From: Burkholderiales bacterium | GTDB lineage: Bacteria > Pseudomonadota > Gammaproteobacteria > Burkholderiales > JACQAP01 | Reading direction: 5' to 3' | Length of the DNA: 59,661 nt | Assembly: GCA_046155535.1 (NCBI GenBank) | Contig: JBJXFN010000032.1 | Coordinates: 1-59,661, forward strand | Shown: positions 35,419 through 45,177 of the stretch, one piece after another | Layout of the letters: each line of letters starts with the position of its first letter | Position numbering within the stretch: the stretch's first letter is position 1 | Notes under the pieces: model-generated | The model's input: the letters and a program-made list of their open reading frames with translations, nothing else | Told to the model about the DNA's origin: nothing | Databases searched by the model: none | Position numbers and translations under genes: made by a program

Positions 35419-36420
35419 ATGATGAATAGTGCCGCGCAAGTTTCGATCGAAGAGGGGACCTCCGGAGATCTGGATTATCTGGACGCCGGCGTGCAGTCTT
35501 CCCTCTATCGCAACGGCAAGGTTTTCACCCGGCGCGACCCGGATGGCAGCGATGCGGGCACAGAGGGGGTCAATCGCCGCAAACAACAGGTGACTATCCA
35601 CAACGCCCGCTTGCTGCAGGGTGGTGCGCGCCATACGCTCGCGAGAAACGGCTACGAGCTGCTGACCCGGCCAACGACAATCGAAGGCATCGATTTTTTC
35701 AATCACCAGCAGGTGGTAAAGGAGTACTACCCGCAGTGCGTCGAGATCGTGCGGGCATTCACCGGCGGACAGGTGTTCGCCTTCGATCATAACGTCCGGT
35801 CAGCCGTCGGCAAGCAGGCAAAGAAACGCATCGCCGGCGGGCAGCAAGTGCAAGGCCCCGCGCAAATCGTGCATGGCGATTACACCTTGACCAGCGCGCC
35901 GCAACGCTTGCGGGATCTGACCAAACCGCCGAAGACGAACGACACCTTGCGCGGGGTCGTGCTGCAGGAAGGGCAATCGCTGATCAGGCCGGACGAGGCC
36001 GCGCGGGTGCTTGCCGAAGGCGGCCGCTTCGCGATCATCAACGTGTGGCGCAATATTGCGAAAGAGCCCGTCTTTACCCACCCGCTTGGGCTGTGCGATG
36101 CGCAAACGGTGCGTCCCGAAGACCTGGTTGTTTTCGAGATCCAGTACCAGGATCGAATCGGCGAGAACTATTTCGCCAAGCATTCCCCCCGCCACCAGTG
36201 GTACTTCTATCCGCAGATTACGCGCGATGAAGCTCTGCTGATCAAACAATGGGATTCCGCCGGACCCATGGCGCGCTCACAAGGCGTAAACGGGGATGCC
36301 AGCAACGCTCAGGCTCCCTGCACGTTCAGCTTTCACAGTGCGTTCGAAGATCCGTCGACGCCGCCCGATGCGCCCGACCGCTGGAGCATCGAAACGCGCT
36401 GTTTCGTCCTCTACGACTGA
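35419..36420 (+). CDS. CmcJ/NvfI/AsaB-like non-heme Fe(II)/2OG oxidoreductase
   Basis: YYP, FDHNVR, VHGDYT, INVWR, PL.LCD, HSAF, SIETR. Confidence 0.85.
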   Translation: MMNSAAQVSIEEGTSGDLDYLDAGVQSSLYRNGKVFTRRDPDGSDAGTEGVNRRKQQVTIHNARLLQGGARHTLARNGYELLTRPTTIEGIDFFNHQQVVKEYYPQCVEIVRAFTGGQVFAFDHNVRSAVGKQAKKRIAGGQQVQGPAQIVHGDYTLTSAPQRLRDLTKPPKTNDTLRGVVLQEGQSLIRPDEAARVLAEGGRFAIINVWRNIAKEPVFTHPLGLCDAQTVRPEDLVVFEIQYQDRIGENYFAKHSPRHQWYFYPQITRDEALLIKQWDSAGPMARSQGVNGDASNAQAPCTFSFHSAFEDPSTPPDAPDRWSIETRCFVLYD

Positions 36421-36724
36421 CCTGAAAGACCGTGTCCTGCAGGCGAGGGGGCTTCGTCTGCCAGGCGATGGCCTGCGCTACCCATTCAGATCACCGGTAG
36501 CCTGGGCGCGGATAGTGGGACGCTTCGCTGCGACCCGGGCGGTTTCCCTCTGCGTGACCCGCCATCACCTTGCATTCGGATCGGTCTCGTTAGTCCTGCC
36601 GAGACCACCCGCCGGCACTGTCACCGCCGTCATGTCGACGTGCAGAGCCTGTTGATCCCTTGGACGAATGAGACGGACAAGTGTCCTGCCCGGTTTGGTT
36701 CACGCGTATCCTGCCCTGTGTACG

Positions 36725-37714
36725 TTACTGATCCAGCTTCACGCCTGTGAGCTGGACAAGCTGCCGCGCGCGGTTCTGTTCCGCGGCGATGAAGACTGCG
36801 GTCTCCTCGGGCGTGGTGGTGACGATCTCGCCCGCGGCCAGCGCGATCTCCGCCTCGAAGTCCACGGACCGAAGAATGGGCAGCATGGCCTTGTGCAACG
36901 TGTCGATGATGGATCGCGGCGTCTTGTGTGGTGCCAGAAACACATTCCAGCCACGGAAATTGAGCGCCTCCCAGCCCATCTCGGTGGCGGCGGGGACCTG
37001 CGGCAGGAAGGGCTTGCGCGTCGATCCCGCGATGAGCAGCGGTCGCAGCTTGCCTGATTCGATGAAGGTCCGGCACGACGTTGCCCAGTCGAACATCACA
37101 TCTATGTGTCCAGCCATCACGTCGGTCAACGCCTGCGTGCCGCTCTTGTAAGGCACGTGCAGGATGTCGATGCCCGCCGACCTGTTGAGCGCCAGCAGAA
37201 GCAGGTGGGTCAAGGTACCCGTGCCGGGTGAACCGCCCGTGATAGATCCCGGCTTTGCCTTCGCCTGGGCGATGAGATCGTCCATGTTCCGGATATCGAG
37301 CGCAGGATTGACCACCAGGATGGCGTTGCCACTGGTGAAGCGGGTGATGGGCTGGAAGGGCTTCTCGTGGATATAGGGCAGGTTGGGAAACAGACTCGGA
37401 CTCAGCCCGATCTCCGAGGCGCCACCGAAGAGCAGCGTATAGCCGTCGGGTGCCGCATTGGCCGCCGTCACTGCACCCAGGGTGCCCGAGGCGCCAGGCC
37501 TGTTTTCGACGATGACCTGTTGCCTCAGGGCTCTGGAGAGGCGATCAGCCACGCGCCGCGCCCACATGTCGAGCACCGTGCCGGGCGCGTAGGCCACGAT
37601 GATCCTGATCGGCCGGTTCGGATAGGCTTCCGCTGCGGAACCCATACGCGGCAGGACTACAACAGCCGACGCTGCCAGCGCGCACGATGACCGCAAAAAG
37701 TGCCTTCGACTCAT
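36725..37714 (-). CDS. Bug/TctC tripartite tricarboxylate transporter substrate-binding protein (Tat signal)
   Basis: SRRHFL, YPNRPIRIIV.Y.PG, VENRPGASG, PDGYTL, HVPYK; no tctAB nearby. Confidence 0.9.
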   Translation of the reverse strand: MSRRHFLRSSCALAASAVVVLPRMGSAAEAYPNRPIRIIVAYAPGTVLDMWARRVADRLSRALRQQVIVENRPGASGTLGAVTAANAAPDGYTLLFGGASEIGLSPSLFPNLPYIHEKPFQPITRFTSGNAILVVNPALDIRNMDDLIAQAKAKPGSITGGSPGTGTLTHLLLLALNRSAGIDILHVPYKSGTQALTDVMAGHIDVMFDWATSCRTFIESGKLRPLLIAGSTRKPFLPQVPAATEMGWEALNFRGWNVFLAPHKTPRSIIDTLHKAMLPILRSVDFEAEIALAAGEIVTTTPEETAVFIAAEQNRARQLVQLTGVKLDQ

Positions 37715-38013
37715 GCCCGTCTCCAGATCCGGAAAAGCGCCGCGCAGCGGCGCGGCACAGCAAGTTAATGCTGCGCCGATTGACGCCGGCCCGCAAGCTG
37801 CCCTGCACCATAGGGACACCTGCATTGTGAACAGCGGTGTGTCTGTGTGCGGACGGCGGCAAATGCCGGCTCGACGAATGTATCTTCGCACTGCAGACCC
37901 CACCCCGAGCGATCACAATTTTCCTGGATGCCTCCGGGTTGCGCGCGCAATGCTGCCCGGAATAGAGGATTGGCGGTCCTTACGTGACGCTGGCACCTTG
38001 AGTGGTCGGAAAT

Positions 38014-38922
38014 TCACCCTTGGAGGCGCGAAGTTCCTGGAGCCGGCATGGACCCTTGATGCTTTGGAATCTTGAAGGGAGTCTCACCAGGTACTGATAC
38101 GCAAGCTGCGATGGTGTCGGAGACCCAAGGTTTTGCCGCCACCTTTTCCAAATAGGGCAGCACGTCAGGTGCGAAGGCTTCGTGCCGGCACAGCGTATGA
38201 AAATGCTTCGTGACCCGCGGATAACGCTCGTCGACGTCGGGCCCGGTAATGCAGTCCAGTCCCAGCGCCCGCAGAGTCTCCGCGTAGATGCGCTCGCGTG
38301 AAAACAGCGCAAGTTCCGCGACCATGCAGATATCAGCGATGCTCAATGTCTCCCCGACCAGGAATGACCGATTTGGAAACAAGGCGCGATCGAGCCCGCT
38401 CAAATAAGCGTGCAGCGCTTCGCTGGTGCGAGCATGAATGTCCTTCGTGACACGGCCGTCACGCAATGACAGCAGATAAATCTGCGAATCCCGGGCAAAC
38501 ACCAGACTGGTATCCAGAAAACCGTCGATTCGGGACGCCATGTAGGCATCGCTGCCATAAAGGGGACACTTGTCCGCGCCGAGCCGCGCGACGGTTCGCA
38601 TGATGCTGTTGGATTCGAAGACGCCGACCGATCCGTCCGGGCTGAAGGCGGCCGGCACGGTGCCAAAGGGAATTGCCTCCAGGAATGCGTCGGTTTTGTA
38701 GAGCGGCTTCCCGCCGAAACCCGTGCGCGACTGCCGCGCAAACCCAGAGCTGTCTGCGCGCTCGTCATCGGTCATCGGGTGGGCTTCAAAATCCCACAAC
38801 CACTCCGGAATCTCATTGGGCGCAGCCCCCCGGATGTCGATGGTGATGCCGCACAACCGCGCGGCAATCGTAGCCTTCCAGATTCGTGGGTTCGGCAGAT
38901 AGGAAAAAATGCGCAGGTCCAT
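38014..38922 (-). CDS. Glutathione S-transferase-fold protein, eEF1B-gamma-like
   Basis: SYLPNPRIWKATIAAR, PFGTVPA, VFESNSI, FLVGE.LSIADI; C-terminal about 35 aa may be an extension. Confidence 0.75.
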   Translation of the reverse strand: MDLRIFSYLPNPRIWKATIAARLCGITIDIRGAAPNEIPEWLWDFEAHPMTDDERADSSGFARQSRTGFGGKPLYKTDAFLEAIPFGTVPAAFSPDGSVGVFESNSIMRTVARLGADKCPLYGSDAYMASRIDGFLDTSLVFARDSQIYLLSLRDGRVTKDIHARTSEALHAYLSGLDRALFPNRSFLVGETLSIADICMVAELALFSRERIYAETLRALGLDCITGPDVDERYPRVTKHFHTLCRHEAFAPDVLPYLEKVAAKPWVSDTIAACVSVPGETPFKIPKHQGSMPAPGTSRLQG

Positions 38923-38970
38923 TGTCGTAACTGCTCCTGGTCAATTCATAGGGCGCCTGTCAGTAGTGTC

Positions 38971-39255
38971 TTAATCAAGCAGGGTGCACCCGAAGTACGT
39001 CAGTTTTCTTTCCACGTGTGCGGCTTCCTGCATAAACCGTACGAGGGACTTGGCGTTGCGATGTGCCTGAAAAGCGGCTTCATTCTCATAGACCTCATAC
39101 AGCATGAGATTGTGCTCTGGCTGGATGATGTCAAAACGAAGGGTGCCGGGTTCGTCCCTCAGGCAACGATCGCGATGTGCTCTGAGCAGGGGAAGAAGAA
39201 CGCCGATCTGCTCCGCTGTGATTTCGTAAGTCGCCACTACCGCATACTTGCTCAT
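38971..39255 (-). CDS. ABM-domain putative monooxygenase
   Basis: EPG.LRFDI, LYEVY.NEAAFQAH. Confidence 0.82.
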   Translation of the reverse strand: MSKYAVVATYEITAEQIGVLLPLLRAHRDRCLRDEPGTLRFDIIQPEHNLMLYEVYENEAAFQAHRNAKSLVRFMQEAAHVERKLTYFGCTLLD

Positions 39256-39316
39256 CGACGTCCTCCCATTGTTGGGCCTCACGCGGCATGGGTGTGCCGC
39301 CGCAACGACACGGACC

Positions 39317-40468
39317 TCAGCCTGCGATCCCCTTGTTCGGAGTGATCAGGTACTTAACCCCGGTCGCCCGTTTGCCATATTCCGAGATCGCTTGCATCCG
39401 CAACGCACCAGCCAACGAGACTTCGTGTGAATAGTGGCTGGCGAAAGTGGTCTTGAGTTCCGCGACCACGCGCGCGCGCAACTTCTGCGCCGCGGCCGGA
39501 CCAATCTTTGCCAGAAAGATAAAGAGCAACCAGCCGCCTATGCCAAACGAAAAGCCGAAGTTACGCACGAATTCGGTAGGTGCTGTGTTAAGCGCGCCAT
39601 ACAGGTAGACCTGCTTGTGTGTCGACGTGCCGTAACGGCTGTACTCCTTGGCGTTGCGGCTCAGCGCCGCTTCCATGCCGGTCAGGATCTGACCCGCCAG
39701 CTTGCCACCGCCAATGGCGTCGAAAGCGATCGTCGCGCCGGTGGCGGCCAGGGCCTCAGTCAGCTCGGCCATGAACTCGGGAGACTCGGTGTTGCAGACG
39801 AATTTCGCGCCCTGCGCTTTCAGCAGATTGGCCTGTTCCTGTTTGCGCACGATGTTCACCAGTGCAACGCCATCTTTAAGACAGATACGATTGAGCATCT
39901 GCCCCAGGTTCGAGGCCGCCGCCGTGTGAACCAATGCGCTATGGCCTTCGCGGCGCATCGTATCCACCATGCCCAAAGCGGTGAGCGGATTGACGAAGGA
40001 ACTGGCACCTTCGGCTGGCGTGGCATCGTCGGGCAGCTGCAGGCACTGTTCGGCTTTGACGCAGCGGTACTGCGCATACATGGCGCCGCCCAGCATGGCC
40101 ACTTTTTTACCGAGCAAGGCTTGGGCGTTGGCCGCGCTACCCGCCTTGACCACCACACCGGCCCCTTCATTACCGGCCGGCATCGACTGATCCAGCCTCC
40201 CCGCCATCGCCTTCATCGCTTTCTCGGGCACCTGTGCGGTGATCACCGGGCGCCCGGCGCTGCCGGACGCCTTTGCCGTGTTCATGTCGGCAGCGCCGAA
40301 CAGCAGGCCCAGGTCGGAAGGGTTGATTGGTGTGGCCTCGACGCGAACGAGCACTTCGTCGGCCGCCGGCTGTGGAACCTCGACATCGGCCAGCGATATT
40401 TCGAGTTCGCCGCTGCGACGAATCAGCGAGCGAAGTTGCAAGGCAGTACGTGGAATGGCTGGGTTCAT
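39317..40468 (-). CDS. Zinc-independent MDR family oxidoreductase
   Basis: TPINPSDLG, GNEGAG, SFVNPLTA, HTAAASNLG, FDAIGGG. Confidence 0.88.
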   Translation of the reverse strand: MNPAIPRTALQLRSLIRRSGELEISLADVEVPQPAADEVLVRVEATPINPSDLGLLFGAADMNTAKASGSAGRPVITAQVPEKAMKAMAGRLDQSMPAGNEGAGVVVKAGSAANAQALLGKKVAMLGGAMYAQYRCVKAEQCLQLPDDATPAEGASSFVNPLTALGMVDTMRREGHSALVHTAAASNLGQMLNRICLKDGVALVNIVRKQEQANLLKAQGAKFVCNTESPEFMAELTEALAATGATIAFDAIGGGKLAGQILTGMEAALSRNAKEYSRYGTSTHKQVYLYGALNTAPTEFVRNFGFSFGIGGWLLFIFLAKIGPAAAQKLRARVVAELKTTFASHYSHEVSLAGALRMQAISEYGKRATGVKYLITPNKGIAG

Positions 40469-40520
40469 GGTGTTTGGCTCATTTTGCTCAGTTAGGTTGA
40501 TGAAAAAGGCGCGAGCTCGT

Positions 40521-41300
40521 TTACAGAACGCTGTTGTGAAGTCCGCCGTCCAGCAACAGGCTTTGCCCGGTGATGTAACCGGCGTGTTCACTGCAAAGGA
40601 AAGCGCAGGTATTGCCGAATTCGATACTGGAGCCGAATCGTTTCGCGGGCACTTGCGCGGCACGCTGCGCAGCAACCTGCTCCGGCGACACCCCGGCGTT
40701 TTTCGCCCACGCGGCGACACCGCCACGCAGACGGTCGGTATCAAAGTAGCCCGGCAGAATGTTGTTGATGGTGACGTTGTGCTCCGCCACGGTGCGTGCC
40801 ACACCCGCCAAGAACGCCGTCAAGCCGGCACGCGCGCCACTGGAAAGATCGAGGCCGGGCACCGGCATCTTGACGCTCATCGATGTGATATTGACGATAC
40901 GCCCGAAGCGCTGTGCCGTCATGTGGTTGATCACTTTCTGGATCAACTCGATCGGTGTCACCATGTTCATCGTCACGCCATCCAGCATCGCAGCGCGATC
41001 GAGTTCGCGAAAATCCCGAAACGGCGGGCCCCCATTGTTGTTGATGAGAATATCCGGGTTGGGACAGGCGGCCAGCACGGCCGCCTGTCCCTCCGGCGTG
41101 CTGATATCGGCCACAACCGGCGTGACCGACACTCCCGTTTTTTTGGCGATTTCGTTGGCAGTCGATTCCAGCACGGCCTTGTCCCGCCCGTTCAATACAA
41201 GCGATACGCCCGCGTTGGCCAGCGCCATCGCGCAGCCCTTGCCAAGTCCGCGGCTGGAAGCGCAGACAATTGCTTTCCGGCCTTTGATCCCCAAATCCAT
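40521..41300 (-). CDS. SDR family oxidoreductase (atypical, SxxxR in place of YxxxK)
   Basis: CASSRGLG, NNNGGP, LSSGAR, ITGQ.LLLDGG; RBS GGAGG. Confidence 0.9.
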   Translation of the reverse strand: MDLGIKGRKAIVCASSRGLGKGCAMALANAGVSLVLNGRDKAVLESTANEIAKKTGVSVTPVVADISTPEGQAAVLAACPNPDILINNNGGPPFRDFRELDRAAMLDGVTMNMVTPIELIQKVINHMTAQRFGRIVNITSMSVKMPVPGLDLSSGARAGLTAFLAGVARTVAEHNVTINNILPGYFDTDRLRGGVAAWAKNAGVSPEQVAAQRAAQVPAKRFGSSIEFGNTCAFLCSEHAGYITGQSLLLDGGLHNSVL

Positions 41301-41418
41301 GCTTCCTCCCAAAGTGAACTTCGATTGACTGATGTTTCGATTGATTCCGGCGCATGCCACGAGCCCGAAGGTCCAGTGATTACTCTTGCCGAAGGCGACA
41401 CGTAACTTCCCGGTTACT

Positions 41419-42816
41419 TCATGGATGCCATGCCCGGCGCCGCAACGCGGCCACCACAAAAATGCCATAGAAGCTCATCGCACCCGCCACCAACCACAAG
41501 AGCCCCTGCGGCGTCACCAGGACGTCACTGGCCAGCCAGATCAACCCGCTCGCCACAATGAGCGTTCGTAGAACCGCACCCAGCACCGGCCAAGCCAGGG
41601 TATTCAAGCCTTGACTGGCGAAGTACAGCCCAAGTCCGGCGGCGAAGAATCCATAAAAAGGCCCGAGCGTTTGTAGCGTGGTGCTGCAATGGGCGATCAC
41701 CGCCGGGCTGCTGCCGAGAGTACCGCACCACCATTGGGGGTTGAGGGCAACAGTGAGTCCTATCGCGCCAACGATGGCAATGTTCGCGATCGTGCCACGC
41801 CAGGCGATTTCAATGGCGCGCGCCCTCTGCCCCGCACCGACATGCGCGCCGACGATGGCGATCAAGGATGCCCCGATGCCGAAGATGACTGGAACCATCA
41901 CCAACTCCAGGCGCACTGCCAATCCGTAGCCGGCCAGCCACTCCACGCCGAAGTGACCAAGGAGTCTGGTCGCGATGAGGGAATAGAGAATGGTCACAAA
42001 CGACTGGGTGCCCGCCAACAAGCCGGGACGCAATACAGCGCCGAAAACAGCCCAGTCAATGGCCTGGGCTTTCAGGAGAATCGGCTGACCGCGTCGCAGA
42101 ATCAAGGCCAACACGGTAACGAGACCCACGCCGTAGGCGAGGAGCATTGAGCAGGCCGCAGCCCCCATCGTGTCATGGGCGCTTGTTGCCGGTCCCGCCG
42201 CCGGAATGAGCCAGGCACCGAACAGCGAGTAGGCAAAAACGACAGAGGCCATGGCCAGGGCGGCTCTCGCCATGTCGCCGGCGCCGCGCAGCACCGAGCA
42301 CAACATGTTGAACAGCCATAAAAGCGGCACGCCGGCAAAGACAATGCGCGAGTAGTGAATCGCAGCCGCGAGCACGTCGTCGCGTGCGCCTAGCCAGTAA
42401 AAGAACATCGGGCCCAGAATGAGGACGAACACAGCCATCACGACGCCGCCCAATACCGCGATCACGATCGCGCTGCGCAGAATCGATTGTGCGCGCAGCA
42501 GATCGGCGGCACCCAATGCGCGCGCCACTGCGCCGCTGGTTGCCCCGCCAATGGCGCCGGCAGAGAGCATGTTGGCAAGCATGACGAGCGGAAAAACAGT
42601 TGCCACGGCAGCCAGCGCAGTTGTACCTGCGCGACTCAAATACCAGGCCTCGACGACGATCAGGGCCGTTTGGATGGCCGCGCCGATCACCCCCGGCACC
42701 GCCAGGCGCATCATCGTCGGCAGCAATGGCGTACCCACCAATGGGGATTGTGCAGCGAAACGGGCGGGGGAATCTTCCTGAGATCCGGCGGCAGAGACGG
42801 GAGTGGAGTTGTTCAT
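41419..42816 (-). CDS. MATE family transporter
   Basis: RLAVP, ARALGA, LRGAGD, AGYG..VRLE, GA.VGAG...RA; about 12 TM. Confidence 0.88.
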   Translation of the reverse strand: MNNSTPVSAAGSQEDSPARFAAQSPLVGTPLLPTMMRLAVPGVIGAAIQTALIVVEAWYLSRAGTTALAAVATVFPLVMLANMLSAGAIGGATSGAVARALGAADLLRAQSILRSAIVIAVLGGVVMAVFVLILGPMFFYWLGARDDVLAAAIHYSRIVFAGVPLLWLFNMLCSVLRGAGDMARAALAMASVVFAYSLFGAWLIPAAGPATSAHDTMGAAACSMLLAYGVGLVTVLALILRRGQPILLKAQAIDWAVFGAVLRPGLLAGTQSFVTILYSLIATRLLGHFGVEWLAGYGLAVRLELVMVPVIFGIGASLIAIVGAHVGAGQRARAIEIAWRGTIANIAIVGAIGLTVALNPQWWCGTLGSSPAVIAHCSTTLQTLGPFYGFFAAGLGLYFASQGLNTLAWPVLGAVLRTLIVASGLIWLASDVLVTPQGLLWLVAGAMSFYGIFVVAALRRRAWHP

Positions 42817-42939
42817 CGCCTGGTTGGCGCAATGTCGGTGCAAGACTGCTTCAAGTCATGCTCTTGATCAGGGTGGCGCGACGCGAATCGGAACACTTCT
42901 CCACGTTGCCGTGTTCCCGTTTCCCGCAGCATTTTCCTT

Positions 42940-42959
42940 TAGATTATACTCGTCATCCA
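42940..42959. promoter_or_regulatory. Candidate TetR-type operator in the divergent MATE/SDR intergenic region
   Basis: Imperfect palindrome tagattat-actc-gtcatcca; a TetR gene lies downstream in the same unit. Confidence 0.25.
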
Positions 42960-43018
42960 TTTTTCGCCGGAAGTTCGCTAACCGTTGTTGCGACGTCCGA
43001 CCACTTTCAGGAGAGATT

Positions 43019-43723
43019 GTGAGTCAGCCAATTTGCCTAATTTCCGGCGCCGGCGACGGCACGGGTGCCGCAATTGCGCGTCGGTTTGCTTCAGGCAACT
43101 ATCGCGTTGCTTTGCTCGCGCGCGGCGAAGAGCGATTGAAGCGGCTGGAAAAGGACATACCCGGCTCGAAAGCATATGTCTGCGATATCAGCGATCTCGA
43201 CCAATTGCGCAAGACCATTGCCCAGGTGCGCGACCAGATGGGCAGCATCGACGTTGCCGTGAACAATGCCGCCCAAGGGGCGTTCAATACCATTCTCGAA
43301 GCAGACCCGGTGCGATTCGAAGAGTTGTTTCGCATCAACGCGACGGCGCTGATGGTGCTCACACAGTGCGTGGCGCCAGACATGCTCGCAAAAGGTCATG
43401 GCGCCATCATGGTGACGGGCAATACTTCCGCGTGGCGCGGGAAGCCGAGCTTCTGCATGTTCGCGCCCACCAAGGCGGCTCAACGCATCCTTGCCGAGGC
43501 CATCGCCCGTGACCTTGGCCCCAAGGGTATTCATGTCGCGTACATCACCATCGATGCCGCCATCGATACCCCCTGGACGCGCCCGCGTCTGTATCCGAAC
43601 AAGCCGGACGACTTCTTTGCGAAGCCTTCTGCCATCGCGGATACGGTTTACCACGTGGCCCACCAGGATCGGTCGGCGTGGACGTTTAATGTCGACGTCC
43701 GCCCCTACCACGAAAATTGGTAA
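43019..43723 (+). CDS. SDR family oxidoreductase (FxxxK variant)
   Basis: SGAGDGTG, NNAA, FAPTK, GIHVA, RSAWTF; GTG start with GGAG RBS. Confidence 0.9.
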   Translation: MSQPICLISGAGDGTGAAIARRFASGNYRVALLARGEERLKRLEKDIPGSKAYVCDISDLDQLRKTIAQVRDQMGSIDVAVNNAAQGAFNTILEADPVRFEELFRINATALMVLTQCVAPDMLAKGHGAIMVTGNTSAWRGKPSFCMFAPTKAAQRILAEAIARDLGPKGIHVAYITIDAAIDTPWTRPRLYPNKPDDFFAKPSAIADTVYHVAHQDRSAWTFNVDVRPYHENW

Positions 43724-43762
43724 CCTCGCCTCTCTACAATCAGTGGTCCCGGAGAACCTGCC

Positions 43763-44134
43763 ATGCCCGTCATACGTATTGAAGTGCCTGAAGGAACGGC
43801 GCAGGCAACCAAAAAGAGAATCCGCGCGGGCGTCAAGCAAGCCGTCCTCGACACGCTTGCGCCCAAGGAGACCAAGTATGACTATGTGGCGGTCAGGGAG
43901 GTATGCGCGGAAATTGGTGATGGCGTGCCGCTGGTTTCCGTCGATCTAAGGCCGGGCCGTGGCGCGGATCGAAAAAAAGCCCTGGTCGATGCGATTGCCG
44001 CGTTATTGAAAATCGAACTGAATGTCGATGCCAGGGACATCTACGTTCTGTTCAGGGAAACCTCCGCGGAGAATCACTACTGCGGCGGTGAACCGCTCCC
44101 GGCCTGGTCACCCGCAAGTCAACTCGCCCGTTGA
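43763..44134 (+). CDS. Tautomerase superfamily protein (two beta-alpha-beta units)
   Basis: Catalytic Pro after Met, PGR....K, C-terminal GG; 123 aa. Confidence 0.82.
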   Translation: MPVIRIEVPEGTAQATKKRIRAGVKQAVLDTLAPKETKYDYVAVREVCAEIGDGVPLVSVDLRPGRGADRKKALVDAIAALLKIELNVDARDIYVLFRETSAENHYCGGEPLPAWSPASQLAR

Positions 44135-44188
44135 GCAAGTCGGGCAATATCATTCCCACTCTCTAACCCAACTTTTTGGAGCGTTCAT

Positions 44189-44476
44189 ATGAAAATTGTC
44201 GCCATCGCCACTCGCAACCAAGACGCCAAACCCGAAGCCTTTGCGCCGCATCTGGAGGCGGAGGCCAACGCCGCACTGGCACTGTACCGGGACGAGGTCG
44301 TCCGCGAGATCTATAGCCGCACGGACGGCAAAGGCGCCGTCCTGGTGCTCGAGTGTAACGACGTCGCCCATGCCGAGCGAGTTCTCGCTCAGTTGCCGCT
44401 GGTCAAAGCCGGTTTGCTGAGCGTAGAGTTGTATGGCGTAAAGCCGTATCGCGGCATTGTGCAGCACGTGAAATGA
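44189..44476 (+). CDS. Muconolactone isomerase/YciI-like small barrel protein
   Basis: EAE....LY...VVREIY.R.D..GAVLVLE, L.QLPLVKAGL. Confidence 0.6.
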   Translation: MKIVAIATRNQDAKPEAFAPHLEAEANAALALYRDEVVREIYSRTDGKGAVLVLECNDVAHAERVLAQLPLVKAGLLSVELYGVKPYRGIVQHVK

Positions 44477-44519
44477 CGTCTGGAATGTTTCGCTTTTATC
44501 CAGGACAGTCGAGCAGTCG

Positions 44520-45134
44520 ATGCGAAAATCCAGAGTAGAGACAGCCCAGACTCGCGAGCGCATAGTGTCCGGCGCCAGCGGTTTGCTACGCGAACGCGGA
44601 CTTGGAAATGTCAGCGTTGCGCAACTGATGGCCAACGCTGGCCTGACTCACGGTGGGTTCTACGCCCACTTCGACTCGCGGGAACAATTGGTACATGAGG
44701 CGATTCGGTTTGCACTGGCGCAGTCGGCGCAGCGCATTTACCAGAGTGCACTGAAAGATGGCGGCCGTCCCGGATATTCCCGACTGATCGAGCGTTATCT
44801 TTCCCCTGCACATCGCGATAATCCGCAAAGCGGCTGTGCACTGGCATCTCTGGGTTCGGAAGTGGGGCAGGACAGCGATGAATCGAAAGAGGTCTTCTCA
44901 GCGGGGTTGGAGGCGTTTATCACCCTGTTGGCGAAATTGTCTCCTGAGCACACACTCAAAGCGCGCCGAACCCACTTTCTGGGAGTAATCAGCGCATTGA
45001 CAGGCGCGTTGGTGCTGGCGCGGGCGGTGAACGATGCGCAGGCGTCGGAGGAGATCCTGCTCGCCGCCAAGACAACCTTGCTGGCGGACGAAAAGCGCCG
45101 TTCTGCCAGGCGAGTCGGAGGCCAAACGTCGTGA
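44520..45134 (+). CDS. TetR/AcrR family transcriptional regulator
   Basis: LM..AGLTHGGFYAHF.S HTH; YLS..HRD...GC. Confidence 0.92.
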   Translation: MRKSRVETAQTRERIVSGASGLLRERGLGNVSVAQLMANAGLTHGGFYAHFDSREQLVHEAIRFALAQSAQRIYQSALKDGGRPGYSRLIERYLSPAHRDNPQSGCALASLGSEVGQDSDESKEVFSAGLEAFITLLAKLSPEHTLKARRTHFLGVISALTGALVLARAVNDAQASEEILLAAKTTLLADEKRRSARRVGGQTS

Positions 45135-45177
45135 AGTCCAGGGCGCAACAGACTGCGAATCAACAAGAGGAATAGCG

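Noticed and set aside
36421-36724. Structured ncRNA or small gene in the convergent gap
   Set aside because: No recognisable RNA motif, long stem or credible ORF; an Rfam search would be needed
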